Source of the DNA: Gemmatimonadaceae bacterium
GTDB lineage: Bacteria > Gemmatimonadota > Gemmatimonadetes > Gemmatimonadales > Gemmatimonadaceae
Length of the DNA stretch: 64,000 nt
Direction: 5' to 3'
Assembly (NCBI GenBank): GCA_045803545.1
Contig: JBJMOW010000002.1
Span: 256,001 to 320,000 of the forward strand
The notes beneath the pieces were generated by a model. The model saw nothing but the letters and a program-made list of their open reading frames with translations, had not been told where the DNA came from and did no database searches. Shown one piece after another: positions 19,408 to 30,317 of the stretch. Within the stretch, counting starts at the first letter, position 1, and each line of letters begins with the position of its first letter. The position numbers and the translations under genes are program-made.

Positions 19408-20571
19408 ATGTCCTGGGCGCTCCATCCACTCACCGAAGAGCAGACGGAAGTTCAAAAGCTCGCGCGTGGATTCGCGCAGGCTGAGATCACTCCGCACTCC
19501 TCGGAGTGGGACCAAAAGGCGTACTTCGAGCCGACTCTGGTCAAGAAACTCGGGGAGCTAGGTTTCCTCGGCATGATGCTGCCGGAGGAGTACGACGGCC
19601 TCGGCACCGACACCGGCACCTACCTTATCGCGCTCGAGGAGATTGCCGCCGCTGATGCATCAGTCGCCGTTCTCATGAGCGTGCACAACTCACTTCCGAC
19701 GCAAATGATTCTTCGTTACGGAAGCGAGGCGCAAAAGCAGCGATTTTTGAAGAAGATGGCGCGCGGTGAGATACTGGGCGCCTTTGCTTTATCCGAGCCC
19801 GACGCCGGCTCCGATGCGTCAGCGCTTTCGACCCAGGCTGTCAAGGACGGTAATTGCTGGGTTCTGAACGGGACCAAGAGCTGGGTCACCAACGGCAATA
19901 CTGCCGGCGCGATCATCGCCATGGCTCGTACGGATTCCAGTGGCGCCCGACGCGGTGCGCGCGGGATCGGTGCGTTCATCCTCACGCCTGATCTGCCCGG
20001 CTTCAACGTCGGTAAAAAGGAAGACAAGCTTGGATTGCGCGCCTCGCCCACGGTCCAACTCAACTTCGACAACCTTCGCGTGCCAGCCGAGAATCTGCTC
20101 GGCGATGAGACTCAGGGTTTTGTTTATGCGATGCAGTCCCTCGATAACGGTCGCCTTGGAATTGCAGCACAGGCGATTGGAATTGCGCGCGCGGCGCTCG
20201 AGCATTCGGTGGCGTACGCCGGAGAGCGTCGGCAGTTCGGTAAATCGCTAAAAGAGTTCGAGGCGATTCAGTTCAAACTCGCCGACATGGCGATGCGAGT
20301 GGCTGGATCGCGCGCGCTGTTGCATGCAGCGGCGGCAGCGAAGGATCGCGGTCAAAGCATTCGTCAGTTCAGCTCGATGGCGAAGCTCATGGCGAGCGAG
20401 ACAGCGATGTGGGTGACGACGCAGGCGGTGCAGATCTTCGGCGGTTACGGGTACGTGAAGGACTATCCCGTCGAGCGGCTGATGCGCGATGCGAAAGTCA
20501 CCGAGATTTACGAGGGCACGTCCGAGATCCAGAGGATTGTGATCGCGCGGGCACTCTACGGGCAGTCATAA
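19408..20571 (+). CDS. Acyl-CoA dehydrogenase (short/branched chain)
   Basis: ALSEPDAGSD, GTKSWVTNG, IYEGTSEIQ. Confidence 0.93.
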   Translation: MSWALHPLTEEQTEVQKLARGFAQAEITPHSSEWDQKAYFEPTLVKKLGELGFLGMMLPEEYDGLGTDTGTYLIALEEIAAADASVAVLMSVHNSLPTQMILRYGSEAQKQRFLKKMARGEILGAFALSEPDAGSDASALSTQAVKDGNCWVLNGTKSWVTNGNTAGAIIAMARTDSSGARRGARGIGAFILTPDLPGFNVGKKEDKLGLRASPTVQLNFDNLRVPAENLLGDETQGFVYAMQSLDNGRLGIAAQAIGIARAALEHSVAYAGERRQFGKSLKEFEAIQFKLADMAMRVAGSRALLHAAAAAKDRGQSIRQFSSMAKLMASETAMWVTTQAVQIFGGYGYVKDYPVERLMRDAKVTEIYEGTSEIQRIVIARALYGQS

Positions 20572-20589
20572 CTTTTTCCGGATACTCGA

Positions 20590-21624
20590 TTGAAGCTGTT
20601 CGACACCCTTGCAGAAATGGGACACGAAGAGGTCGTGATGTGCAGCGACCCTTCGATTGGATACCGCGGTATTCTCGCGGTTCACAGCACGAAGCTCGGT
20701 CCCGCGCTTGGCGGCACGCGCTTCTGGCAATATGCGACCGACGAGGAAGCGATCATTGACGCGCTGCGACTTTCGCGCGGTATGACCTACAAGAATGCCG
20801 TCGCGGGTCTCAAGCTCGGAGGTGGCAAATCCATCATCATCGGCGACAACAAAACCACGGACCGTGAGAGGATATTCCGGGCTCACGGGCGTTTTATTGA
20901 ATCGCTCGGCGGTCGTTACATAGCCGCCGAGGATGTCGGCACCAGCACCAGGGACATGGACTACGTCAAGCTCGAGACGAATCATGTCGCGGGCCTTGCG
21001 GGGAAATCGGGCGATCCTTCGCCGGTAACCGCGCACGGAGTATTTCGGGCGGTGCAGGCATCAGCCAATCACACGTGGGGATCGGACAGCCTGGAAGGAA
21101 AAACAGTCACCATCCAGGGCTGCGGCAGTGTCGGGAGTTATCTCGCAAAGGAGCTGCACGAGGCGGGTGCCAAGCTGATCGTTTCGGACATCGATTCGGC
21201 GAAAACGGCACGCGTTGCGAAGCTCACCGGTGCAAAGGTGGTTGAAGGTGACGCGATTTTCTCTGCTGACGCCGATATCTTCTCGCCCTGCGCGCTCGGC
21301 GGAATCATCAACGACACGACAATACCGAAACTGAAGGTTCGCATCGTCGCGGGCGGCGCGAACAATCAGCTGCTGGAGGAGCGTCACGGCGACGAGCTAA
21401 TGCGGCGCGGGATCCTCTATGCGCCGGACTACGTCGCAAACGCCGGCGGTGTGATTAACGTTTATGGAGAGGTGGCCGGCTGGGATGCGCAGAAAGCCCT
21501 GGACAAGGCCGACGACATCTACGATACAGTCCTCAAGGTTTTTGACATCGCCGAGCAGATGAATATCCCCAAGTACGAAGCGGCAGACCGTCTGGCGGAG
21601 CGCAGGCTGGCGGAGGCGAAATGA
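20590..21624 (+). CDS. Leu/Val/Phe dehydrogenase
   Basis: LGPALGG, GGGKS, AEDVG, GANNQL, PDYVANAGG; TTG start. Confidence 0.92.
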   Translation: MKLFDTLAEMGHEEVVMCSDPSIGYRGILAVHSTKLGPALGGTRFWQYATDEEAIIDALRLSRGMTYKNAVAGLKLGGGKSIIIGDNKTTDRERIFRAHGRFIESLGGRYIAAEDVGTSTRDMDYVKLETNHVAGLAGKSGDPSPVTAHGVFRAVQASANHTWGSDSLEGKTVTIQGCGSVGSYLAKELHEAGAKLIVSDIDSAKTARVAKLTGAKVVEGDAIFSADADIFSPCALGGIINDTTIPKLKVRIVAGGANNQLLEERHGDELMRRGILYAPDYVANAGGVINVYGEVAGWDAQKALDKADDIYDTVLKVFDIAEQMNIPKYEAADRLAERRLAEAK

Positions 21625-22067
21625 GTGAGATGATTCCGATTGCGTCGGATCACGCTGGCGTCGAGATGAAAAACCGGCTGATGTCCGAGCTGAAAAAACT
21701 GGGTTACGACCCGGTTGATTTGGGGTCGAACGATCCCAAAACCCCCGATGACTACCCAGACTTCGGGCATCCTGTCGCCAGGGAAGTGTCCAACGGCGAT
21801 GCGAAGCGGGGCATTCTTCTCTGCGGTAGCGGTGTCGGCATGGACATCGTCGCCAACAAGCACCCGGGTGTGCGCGCCGCTCTGGCGTGGGAGCCTGAGA
21901 TCGGAGCGCTGTCTCGGAAGCACAACGACTCGAACGTGCTGGTGCTGCCGGCTCGCTTCATGAGCGACGACGCGGCGATCAAAACCATGAAGCAGTGGCT
22001 GGATACTAAGTTTGAGGGTGGGCGCCACGAGCGGCGCGTCAACAAAATCGAGCCAAAGGACACCTGA
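21621..22067 (+). CDS. rpiB: Ribose-5-phosphate isomerase B
   Basis: SDHAG, DYPD, CGSGVG, HNDSN, FEGGRH. Confidence 0.93.
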   Translation: MSEMIPIASDHAGVEMKNRLMSELKKLGYDPVDLGSNDPKTPDDYPDFGHPVAREVSNGDAKRGILLCGSGVGMDIVANKHPGVRAALAWEPEIGALSRKHNDSNVLVLPARFMSDDAAIKTMKQWLDTKFEGGRHERRVNKIEPKDT

Positions 22068-23380
22068 TGCCACAAACTCAGGCACCACCGCAACGGAGCA
22101 TCGGTCGTAGCGCGATGCCGGAAGGCCACATCGGACAGTCGGATCCCGATGTCGCCCGGCTCATCGATCAGGAAGTGGATAGACAGCGCAATGGGCTCGA
22201 ATTGATCGCCAGCGAGAACTTCGTCTCGCAGGCAGTGTTAGAAGCGATGGGCACACCGCTCACCAACAAGTACGCCGAGGGCCTTCCCGGAAAGCGGTAT
22301 TATGGCGGGTGCGAAGTCGTCGATAAGATAGAGCAGCTCGCCATCGATCGAGTGAAAAAGCTTTTCAACGCCGAGCACGCCAACGTCCAGGCGCACTCCG
22401 GCGCGCAGGCAAATGCCGCTGTGTATCTGGCGTTCCTCAAGCCCGGCGATGTAGTGCTCGGTCTCGACCTCTCGCAGGGCGGGCACCTCACTCACGGATC
22501 GCCGGTCAATTTTTCCGGTCTGCTTTATCACGCGATTCACTACGGTGTAGGCGACGACGGTCGCATCGATTACGCCGCGATGCAGCGCATCGCTAGGGAG
22601 CAGAAGCCAAAAATGATCATCGCTGGCGCCAGCGCCTACGCTCGCATCATCGAGTTCGAGCCGTTCGCTGAAGTCGCTGCCGAGATCGGCGCAAGGTTCG
22701 TCGTCGACATGGCGCACTTCGCCGGGCTCGTCGCGACGGGATTCCACCCGTCGCCGGTGCCGCACGCTGATGCGGTGACCAGTACGACCCACAAAACTTT
22801 GCGCGGTCCGCGCGGCGGTTTGATTCTTTGCAAAGAGGCCCACGCCAAGGCGGTCGACAAGGCGATGTTTCCAGGAACGCAGGGCGGTCCACTCGAGCAC
22901 GTCATCGCCGCCAAGGCGGTCTCATTTAAAGAAGCGCTCGAGCCGTCGTTCAAAGACTATTGCGGCCAGATCGTCAGGAACGCAAAGACACTGGCGAATG
23001 CGCTGATCGAGCGCGGATTCAACGTAGTTTCAGGCGGCACCGACAACCACCTGATGCTCGTTGACCTGCGGAACAAGAACGTTACCGGCAAAGTTGCAGA
23101 GAAAGCGCTCGACGAAGCGGGGATCACGGTGAACAAGAACACTGTCCCAAAGGAGACCCAGTCTCCGTTCGTGACGAGCGGCATTCGTATTGGAACTCCG
23201 GCCGTTACGACGCGCGGCATGAAGGAGCCGGAGATGCAGCTCATCGCTGGTTTGATTGACCGGGTCCTCGCCAGCGCCGGTGACGCAAACGTCGCATTGT
23301 CAGTCAGAGAGGAAGTACTCGACTTGACGAAACGTTTCCCACTCTACAAATCCTTTTCCTCAATGGAGAAAAAAGGGTAG
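22067..23380 (+). CDS. glyA: Serine hydroxymethyltransferase
   Basis: [30 protein letters not shown]. Confidence 0.97.
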   Translation: MPQTQAPPQRSIGRSAMPEGHIGQSDPDVARLIDQEVDRQRNGLELIASENFVSQAVLEAMGTPLTNKYAEGLPGKRYYGGCEVVDKIEQLAIDRVKKLFNAEHANVQAHSGAQANAAVYLAFLKPGDVVLGLDLSQGGHLTHGSPVNFSGLLYHAIHYGVGDDGRIDYAAMQRIAREQKPKMIIAGASAYARIIEFEPFAEVAAEIGARFVVDMAHFAGLVATGFHPSPVPHADAVTSTTHKTLRGPRGGLILCKEAHAKAVDKAMFPGTQGGPLEHVIAAKAVSFKEALEPSFKDYCGQIVRNAKTLANALIERGFNVVSGGTDNHLMLVDLRNKNVTGKVAEKALDEAGITVNKNTVPKETQSPFVTSGIRIGTPAVTTRGMKEPEMQLIAGLIDRVLASAGDANVALSVREEVLDLTKRFPLYKSFSSMEKKG

Positions 23381-23381
23381 C

Positions 23382-23768
23382 ATGGCTGAGCTGGCATTTC
23401 GCGAAGGAATAATGGATCGCATTCGAATTCGTGAGCCGCGCTTTCACGAGCAGGCTTACTTGTTCGTGCTCTCAGCTCTGGAAATGTGTCAGGCGCAGCT
23501 CACTGCGCGGCGGCATATCACCGGCGTTGAGCTTGCCCATGCCTGTCGTGAGCTCGCTCTGGAGCGCTACGGCCTGACGGCGAAGCTGGTGCTCGATTAT
23601 TGGGGCATTACAGCGACCGCGGATATTGGCGACATCGTCTTCACCCTTGTGGATTTGGGATTTCTGCTCAGCCAGCCGCAGGACTCGCGCGACGAGTTTG
23701 TCGGCGTGTTCGACTTCGACCTGGCATTCGAGCGGGATTATCCCTGGAACTGCGCGCAACAGGCGTAA
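23382..23768 (+). CDS. Minf_1886-like conserved hypothetical protein
   Basis: AYLFV..AL, HITG.EL, WGI..T.D.G.IVF.LV. Confidence 0.78.
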   Translation: MAELAFREGIMDRIRIREPRFHEQAYLFVLSALEMCQAQLTARRHITGVELAHACRELALERYGLTAKLVLDYWGITATADIGDIVFTLVDLGFLLSQPQDSRDEFVGVFDFDLAFERDYPWNCAQQA

Positions 23769-23786
23769 AACCAGAACATCCCAGCA

Positions 23787-25334
23787 ATGCCCGTCTGGGT
23801 GGTCGGCGCCAAGGAATCTGCAGAGCGCGATCGGGCAGCCATTGAAAACGGAACCCCCTCACGCGTGCTGATGCAGCGCGCCGGCAACGCTGCTGCCGGC
23901 GAAATAGTGCGGCGCTACCGCGATCGTCTAAATGATGGTGCCGTTGTATTCGCCGGACCTGCCAACAATGGCGGTGACGGTTGGGTCGTGGCAGCTGCAC
24001 TGGCGGACGCCAATGTTCGCGTCAGCGTGTTTCAGGCGGCCGAGGCCGATCCCCGAAAATCGCCAGATGCTGTGGCCGAGCGCGACCACGCACTACCCCG
24101 AGTGACGGTGGTGAAGGAGGTGCCGCACGATGCTGGCGTCGTGGTGGATGGACTCCTGGGTACCGGCTTCGATGGCGAGCCTCGTGGAGAAGTCGCGCTC
24201 GGGATTAGCCGCGTGAATGCGCTGCGTGAGAGTGGAGCGACGGTCGTCGCGCTCGACGTGCCAAGCGGATTGAATGCAACGGATGGAAAACACGGCGCCT
24301 GCGTTGTCGCCGACCTTACCATAAGCTTTGGCGGCGTAAAAAGAGGAACTCTGCTCGCCCGCGATTGCTGCGGAGAGATCGTCGCGATAGACATCGGTCT
24401 CGACGACCACGGCGGCCCGGCGCCGGCCCGTTCACCACGAGTTCCCGAACTGGTGACAGGCGAATGGGTTTACTCGCGCGTGCCGACGATTCGATACGAT
24501 GCGCACAAAGGTGCGCGCAAGCATCTGGCGTTCATTGGTGGCGGACCGGGAATGCCGGGCGCAGTCGTTCTGGGTGCGCGCGCTGCGCTGCGCAGCGGGA
24601 TCGGCCTTGTCCGAACAATGGTCGCGCCAGAGAACACGAGCGGCGTACTCGCTGCCGTTCCCTCAGCGCTCAATTCTCACTGGCCAGAGAGTGACGACGC
24701 GATCAAGTCCGAGATCGCCAGCTGGGCCGACGCGATCGTCATCGGCCCGGGCCTCGGCAAAACGCAGTCGTCCAGAGAAATGGTGGAGCGCGTCCTTCGA
24801 TCGACGGATCTGCCCGTTCTTCTCGATGCTGATGCTCTCAATGACTACGCCGGCGACACGGCATCTCTTGCGAAACTTCTGCTTGGCAAGAGAGCATTAG
24901 TGACACCGCACGTTGCCGAATTCGCCAGACTCATGGACACCGCCGCCGATACCGTACTCGCGAATCGATTCGATATCGGCAACGATCTGGCCCAGAAAAT
25001 CGGAGCAATCGTGCTGCTCAAAGGATCCCCAACAGTGATTTTCTCACCGACCGGTGATCGCCTTGTCGTTGCGCGAGGAAGTGCCGCGCTCGGCACTGGT
25101 GGCAGCGGAGACATCCTGGCTGGCATCGCGGGAACTTTGCTGGCGCAAATGGATGACCCGATGGATGCGGCAGCGTGCGCCGCATGGATTCACGGCCGGG
25201 CGGCGGAATTATGCGAGCACGTTCGTGGCACGACTCTCGAGGACGTCCTATACGCGTTGCCACGCGCGTGGAACGAGCGTGAGGCAGCACCGATCGCGCC
25301 GGTCACAGCTGTTCTCCCGGCAGTCGCCAGATGA
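23787..25334 (+). CDS. nnr: Bifunctional NAD(P)H-hydrate epimerase/dehydratase
   Basis: G..NNGGDG, DGLLGTG, DVPSG, IGPGLG, GTGGSGD. Confidence 0.92.
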   Translation: MPVWVVGAKESAERDRAAIENGTPSRVLMQRAGNAAAGEIVRRYRDRLNDGAVVFAGPANNGGDGWVVAAALADANVRVSVFQAAEADPRKSPDAVAERDHALPRVTVVKEVPHDAGVVVDGLLGTGFDGEPRGEVALGISRVNALRESGATVVALDVPSGLNATDGKHGACVVADLTISFGGVKRGTLLARDCCGEIVAIDIGLDDHGGPAPARSPRVPELVTGEWVYSRVPTIRYDAHKGARKHLAFIGGGPGMPGAVVLGARAALRSGIGLVRTMVAPENTSGVLAAVPSALNSHWPESDDAIKSEIASWADAIVIGPGLGKTQSSREMVERVLRSTDLPVLLDADALNDYAGDTASLAKLLLGKRALVTPHVAEFARLMDTAADTVLANRFDIGNDLAQKIGAIVLLKGSPTVIFSPTGDRLVVARGSAALGTGGSGDILAGIAGTLLAQMDDPMDAAACAAWIHGRAAELCEHVRGTTLEDVLYALPRAWNEREAAPIAPVTAVLPAVAR

Positions 25335-26284
25335 CAAACAGCACCAACGCGCGCAACATCGCGCTCGGTCCCGGGCGCGAGTTCGACATCGTGCGGACTC
25401 TGCTCGATGAATGGGGACGGACAGCAGAGCGAATCGGCGACGACGCGGCCGTCCTCGAGGTCCCTCCAGGCGAGCGCGTAGTCGTCACAACGGACACCTC
25501 TGTCGAGGGCGTTCATTTCAAACGCGAGTGGCTCAATCATTTCGAGATCGGGTATCGCGCAACCGTCGCCTCGCTCAGCGATCTCGCGGCGATGGGAGCG
25601 CGTCCACTCGGAATCGTCATCGCACTGACCCTGCCCGACGGCGATCAACAGGAGGCACGCGAGCTCGCCACCGGAATTCGCGAGGGCGCGTCGGCGGTAA
25701 TGTGTCCAATCGTGGGCGGCGATCTGTCGTCGGGATTATCGCTATCGCTGACGATCACCGCGCTCGGCAGCGTCGCCAGACCTTTGACGAGGGCGGGTGC
25801 GAAAGTTGGCGATAAGGTCTATGTGACAGGAGAGCTCGGTGGGCCCGCGGCCGCATTACGCTCCTGGCTGGCTGGAACGCCGCCGAGTGAACGGGATCGT
25901 GCGAGGTTCGCCGCGCCGGTTCCTCGCATCGAGCCGGCAATTGCTCTGGCCGCACGCGGCGCTTCGTCGGCAATCGACATCTCGGACGGCCTCGTCGCCG
26001 ACGCGGGGCACGTTGCGGCTGCAAGCAACGTTGGCATAGAGATCGACGCCGAGCGCGTCCCGCGGGTTCCGGGTGTCACTAGTGAACAAGCAGTAGCATC
26101 CGGCGAGGAGTACGAGCTTATCGTTACGGCTAAGGACATCGACGCTCGCGCATTTTCGGCTGAATTCGGACTCGATCTGACGGAGATCGGCCGAGTGGTT
26201 GCCGGCCCCCCTCGAGCTACGCTGATGCAAAACGGTCGACCCATCGCGACACCAGGTGGATTCGATCACTTCGAGAGCAGATGA
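25331..26284 (+). CDS. thiL: Thiamine-monophosphate kinase
   Basis: IGDDAA, SDLAAMGA, IDISDGL, GEEYEL. Confidence 0.93.
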   Translation: MTNSTNARNIALGPGREFDIVRTLLDEWGRTAERIGDDAAVLEVPPGERVVVTTDTSVEGVHFKREWLNHFEIGYRATVASLSDLAAMGARPLGIVIALTLPDGDQQEARELATGIREGASAVMCPIVGGDLSSGLSLSLTITALGSVARPLTRAGAKVGDKVYVTGELGGPAAALRSWLAGTPPSERDRARFAAPVPRIEPAIALAARGASSAIDISDGLVADAGHVAAASNVGIEIDAERVPRVPGVTSEQAVASGEEYELIVTAKDIDARAFSAEFGLDLTEIGRVVAGPPRATLMQNGRPIATPGGFDHFESR

Positions 26285-27090
26285 TTTCTTTCATACGCAC
26301 TGTACTGCTGTATACGATGGCGTTTTTCGCCACGCTCACAATCGGCTCGACCGTCATCGTCGCTGCTCTACTGGGCGTCAAAGACAAGCCGGGTGGGCTA
26401 TTCGACAACGCGCCCCGCTGGTGGTCTTCGCTCATCCTCTGGGCTGCCGGAATCAAGGTGCGTGTCCATGGCATGGACAACGTGGAGGGCGTCGGTCCGC
26501 ACATCTTCGCCTCCAATCACGTGAGCTGGTTCGACGTGCCCGCCCTCGCCAAGATTCTCCCGCACTACAAGTTCGTCGCCAAAGCTGAGCTGTTCAAAGT
26601 TCCGATATTTGGTCAAGGCATGCGCTCAGTCGGTATGATCGAGATCCAGCGTGAGAACCGAAAAGCAGCGTTTGGCGCCTACGACGTAGCGGCGGAGAGG
26701 ATCCGTGGCGGCGCGTCGGTAGTCGTATTCCCGGAAGGTACCCGCGGTCGCGCTTACCCCCTGCGACCGTTCAAGAAGGGACCCTTTGTCCTCGCGATCG
26801 CCGCCGGGGCTCCGATCGTGCCGATCATCGTCCACGGCACGATTGAGATAATGCCAAAAGGCACTCTCAGGGTTCAGCCCGGCACGATCGATGTACATTT
26901 GCTGAAGCCTGTAAGCACTACCGGCTACGATTACGATCATCGTGAGGCGTTAATGGAGGCAGTAAGAACGAGAATGGCGGACGCGATGCGCGAGTTCTAC
27001 GGCGTCGATTCTCCGCCGTCTCCGCCATCGCGATTGACGTCATCGCGCGAACTTCTGTCCTCAGATAGTCTGCCCACCGAAACGCGGTAG
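26281..27090 (+). CDS. plsC: Lysophospholipid acyltransferase (PlsC-like)
   Basis: NHVSWFD (HX4D), FPEGTR, PIVP. Confidence 0.88.
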   Translation: MISFIRTVLLYTMAFFATLTIGSTVIVAALLGVKDKPGGLFDNAPRWWSSLILWAAGIKVRVHGMDNVEGVGPHIFASNHVSWFDVPALAKILPHYKFVAKAELFKVPIFGQGMRSVGMIEIQRENRKAAFGAYDVAAERIRGGASVVVFPEGTRGRAYPLRPFKKGPFVLAIAAGAPIVPIIVHGTIEIMPKGTLRVQPGTIDVHLLKPVSTTGYDYDHREALMEAVRTRMADAMREFYGVDSPPSPPSRLTSSRELLSSDSLPTETR

Positions 27091-28401
<1,311 letters not shown>

Positions 28402-28427
28402 ATCGAGCGCTGACGGTCTAGGATGTA

Positions 28428-28727
28428 ATGAAGCGATATGTATGGTGGGCGCTGATCGCAGCGGCGGTTTTTTTCGCATTGCAGGGTGGCGAGTACAGCA
28501 CCCGGGATCTGTTCCTGCTGCGCAATCGAACGGGCCGTTTGACCCATCAGGTCGATTCGCTCCAGCGACATGTTGATTCGCTGGCGCGATATCTACGACT
28601 GGTGAAAGGCGATAGCGCGACGCAGGAGCGCATTGCGCGCGAGGAATTCGGAATGGTTCGCGGCGACAAGGAGATTCTTTATCGCTTTGGCGACGCTCCC
28701 GGGTCTACCGGTGATAAACCGCGATGA
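28428..28727 (+). CDS. ftsB: Septum formation initiator (FtsB/DivIC family)
   Basis: TM plus coiled coil plus ERIAREEFGM; typical position after eno. Confidence 0.82.
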   Translation: MKRYVWWALIAAAVFFALQGGEYSTRDLFLLRNRTGRLTHQVDSLQRHVDSLARYLRLVKGDSATQERIAREEFGMVRGDKEILYRFGDAPGSTGDKPR

Positions 28728-28745
28728 TTACTTTACCAGTCTCAT

Positions 28746-28819
<74 letters not shown>

Positions 28820-28922
28820 TTTACTGTGATATCGAAGTTTAAATACCCACTCTAGTTCGCAGCTCGCAACTGATGCGACGTGCGGGCGAGAGTGGGTATT
28901 TGCACTTCGGCAGCGCGCGCAC

Positions 28923-28996
28923 GGCTGGGTAGCTCAGCTGGTTAGAGCACGGCACTCATAATGCCGGGGTCGCGGGTTCGAGTCCCGCCCCAGCTA
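28923..28996 (+). tRNA. tRNA with CAT anticodon, probably elongator tRNA-Met (Ile2 not excluded)
   Basis: Acceptor GGCTGGG/CCCAGCT, anticodon arm CGGCA-CTCATAA-TGCCG, T arm GCGGG-TTCGAGT-CCCGC. Confidence 0.93.
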
Positions 28997-29093
28997 TTTC
29001 GGCGAAAGACGGGCAAGTCCCTAATCTCACAAAAGGTTACGGGCTTGCCCGTTCTGCATTCCGGCGGGCGCTTGACTGGTCACTGAACCACTT

Positions 29094-29115
29094 AAGCACC
29101 ACGAGAAGCACCACG
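29094..29115 (+). repeat. Candidate integrase arm-type sites, left pair (AAGCACCACG x2)
   Basis: Copies at 29094 and 29106, 12-bp period. Confidence 0.7.
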
Positions 29116-29271
29116 GCCCTCCGGGAGCCAGAAATCCGCCCTCGGCGGAACCCGTTCACGTTCGATCCGCGCAACCTCACAACCGACCCGGTCAGGTGCG
29201 CTGAGATCGAGCGAGAGCAGGCAGCGCTCTTCGCGATGTGGCTGTCCGATACCTGGGCGAAGATCCTCTGA
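29116..29271 (+). pseudogene. Apparent 3' fragment of a phage-like gene
   Basis: Open frame with no plausible start, ending ...WLSDTWAKIL* in a TGATG overlap with the next gene. Confidence 0.45.
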
Positions 29272-29783
29272 TGAAGGGCCCGAGCTTCAATCTGGTGCCC
29301 CTCAATCGGGACGAAGCCGACGCATTCGTTCGGCAGCACCATCGCCATCATGGTCGCTCAGCCGGCCACCGCTTCGCGCTGGGAGCAGCTGTCGGCAGCG
29401 AGATCGTCGCCGTCTGTCTTGTCGGACGTCCGGTCGCGCGCGGCAACCAAGACGGCTTCACCGTCGAAGTCACCCGCCTCGCGTCCGATGGGACGAAGAA
29501 CGCCTGCTCGTTTCTCTACGGGGCAGCCCGGCGAGCTGCTTTCGCGCTCGGCTTTCGGCGGATCATCACCTACACGCTGCCCGAAGAAGGCGGCGCGTCA
29601 CTCCGCGGTTCAGGGTTTCGTCTGGTCGGTGAGCGCGGCGGCGGGTCGTGGTCGGCCAGGCACAGGACATCTGGCTGTCCGCTACGTCATCATGGGCCCG
29701 GTGCTGATGGTTTGGGGCGATCTCGAAAGCGCCGTCTACCGTTGGAGCTCGGTCATCTCGTGGAAGTTCCTCGCGGGGTGTGA
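29271..29783 (+). pseudogene. XF1762-like phage protein, C-terminus replaced after about 29654
   Basis: EA.AFV..HHRHH, VGRPVAR..DG.TVEVTRLASDGTKNACSFLY, ITYTL..E.GASLR..G, GGGSWS; family similarity ends there. Confidence 0.7.
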
Positions 29784-30162
29784 TCTCCAATATTTCGAAT
29801 CAAAGTGCGAGGCGAGTCCCAAGGGTCGGGACTACTTCGACTTCGACACTGATCTCGCCCTCGCGGACTTCGACGAGGTCATTAAACAGCGCGTCGACGA
29901 AGGTTGGGATGAATCGAACCCCGACCTTATAGCAGAAGCGCGGCGCACGATCAGGTACGGCGCTGATGAATGGCGCGAGTGGTTGCGCGCGAACGGCCAT
30001 GAACTGTTCGGCGACAGCTGGTATGAGTGGGTGCCAGACCTCGGAAAACGGATCGCTCAGACCTGCGCCGCGCACCTCGTCGGGATCAAGATGGCGGTCG
30101 CTCAAATGGCCGAAAAATCGACGGATTCTCAGCCCGCGTTGGCAGGCGCAGAAGCACCATGA
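29653..30162 (+). pseudogene. 5'-truncated phage-like hypothetical gene
   Basis: Protein-like sequence from RPGTGHL...LMVWGDLESAVYRW...CDLQYF.SKC.AS; the upstream part of this ORF is a shadow of the XF1762-like gene. Confidence 0.55.
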
Positions 30163-30173
30163 GAAGCACCATG
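30152..30173 (+). repeat. Candidate integrase arm-type sites, right pair (AAGCACCATG x2)
   Basis: Copies at 30152 and 30164; same period and orientation as the left pair. Confidence 0.7.
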
Positions 30174-30254
30174 ACGCTGCGTGTAGGTGCCGCAGTACGC
30201 CGCACGATGCCGTTGGTAAGGCGGGTGTACGCTATTATAGTAGGGGCAACCCTA

Positions 30255-30299
30255 ACTCATAATGCCGGGGTCGGGAGTTCGAGTCTCCCCCCAGCTATT
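30255..30299 (+). repeat. att site: displaced 3' half of tRNA-Met
   Basis: ACTCATAATGCCGGGGTC-GGGAG-TTCGAGT-CTCCC-CCCAGCTA; 5' half of the tRNA absent. Confidence 0.9.
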
Positions 30300-30317
30300 C
30301 CCTAAACGCGGTCGGCA

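Larger units (their letters stand above)
28954..30299. mobile_element. 1.3-kb integrase-less integrative element / prophage remnant in tRNA-Met
   Basis: 45-bp direct repeat of the tRNA 3' half (28954-28998 / 30255-30299, 4 mismatches); paired AAGCACCAYG repeats inside both ends; phage-like cargo fragments. Confidence 0.85.

Noticed and set aside
29094..30173. AAGCACCAYG repeats as a CRISPR or integron array
   Set aside because: Only 10-bp units in two tandem pairs, with no regular spacers and no cas or intI gene.
30255..30297. A third tRNA gene
   Set aside because: The 5' acceptor strand, D arm and 5' anticodon stem are missing; it is an att repeat.
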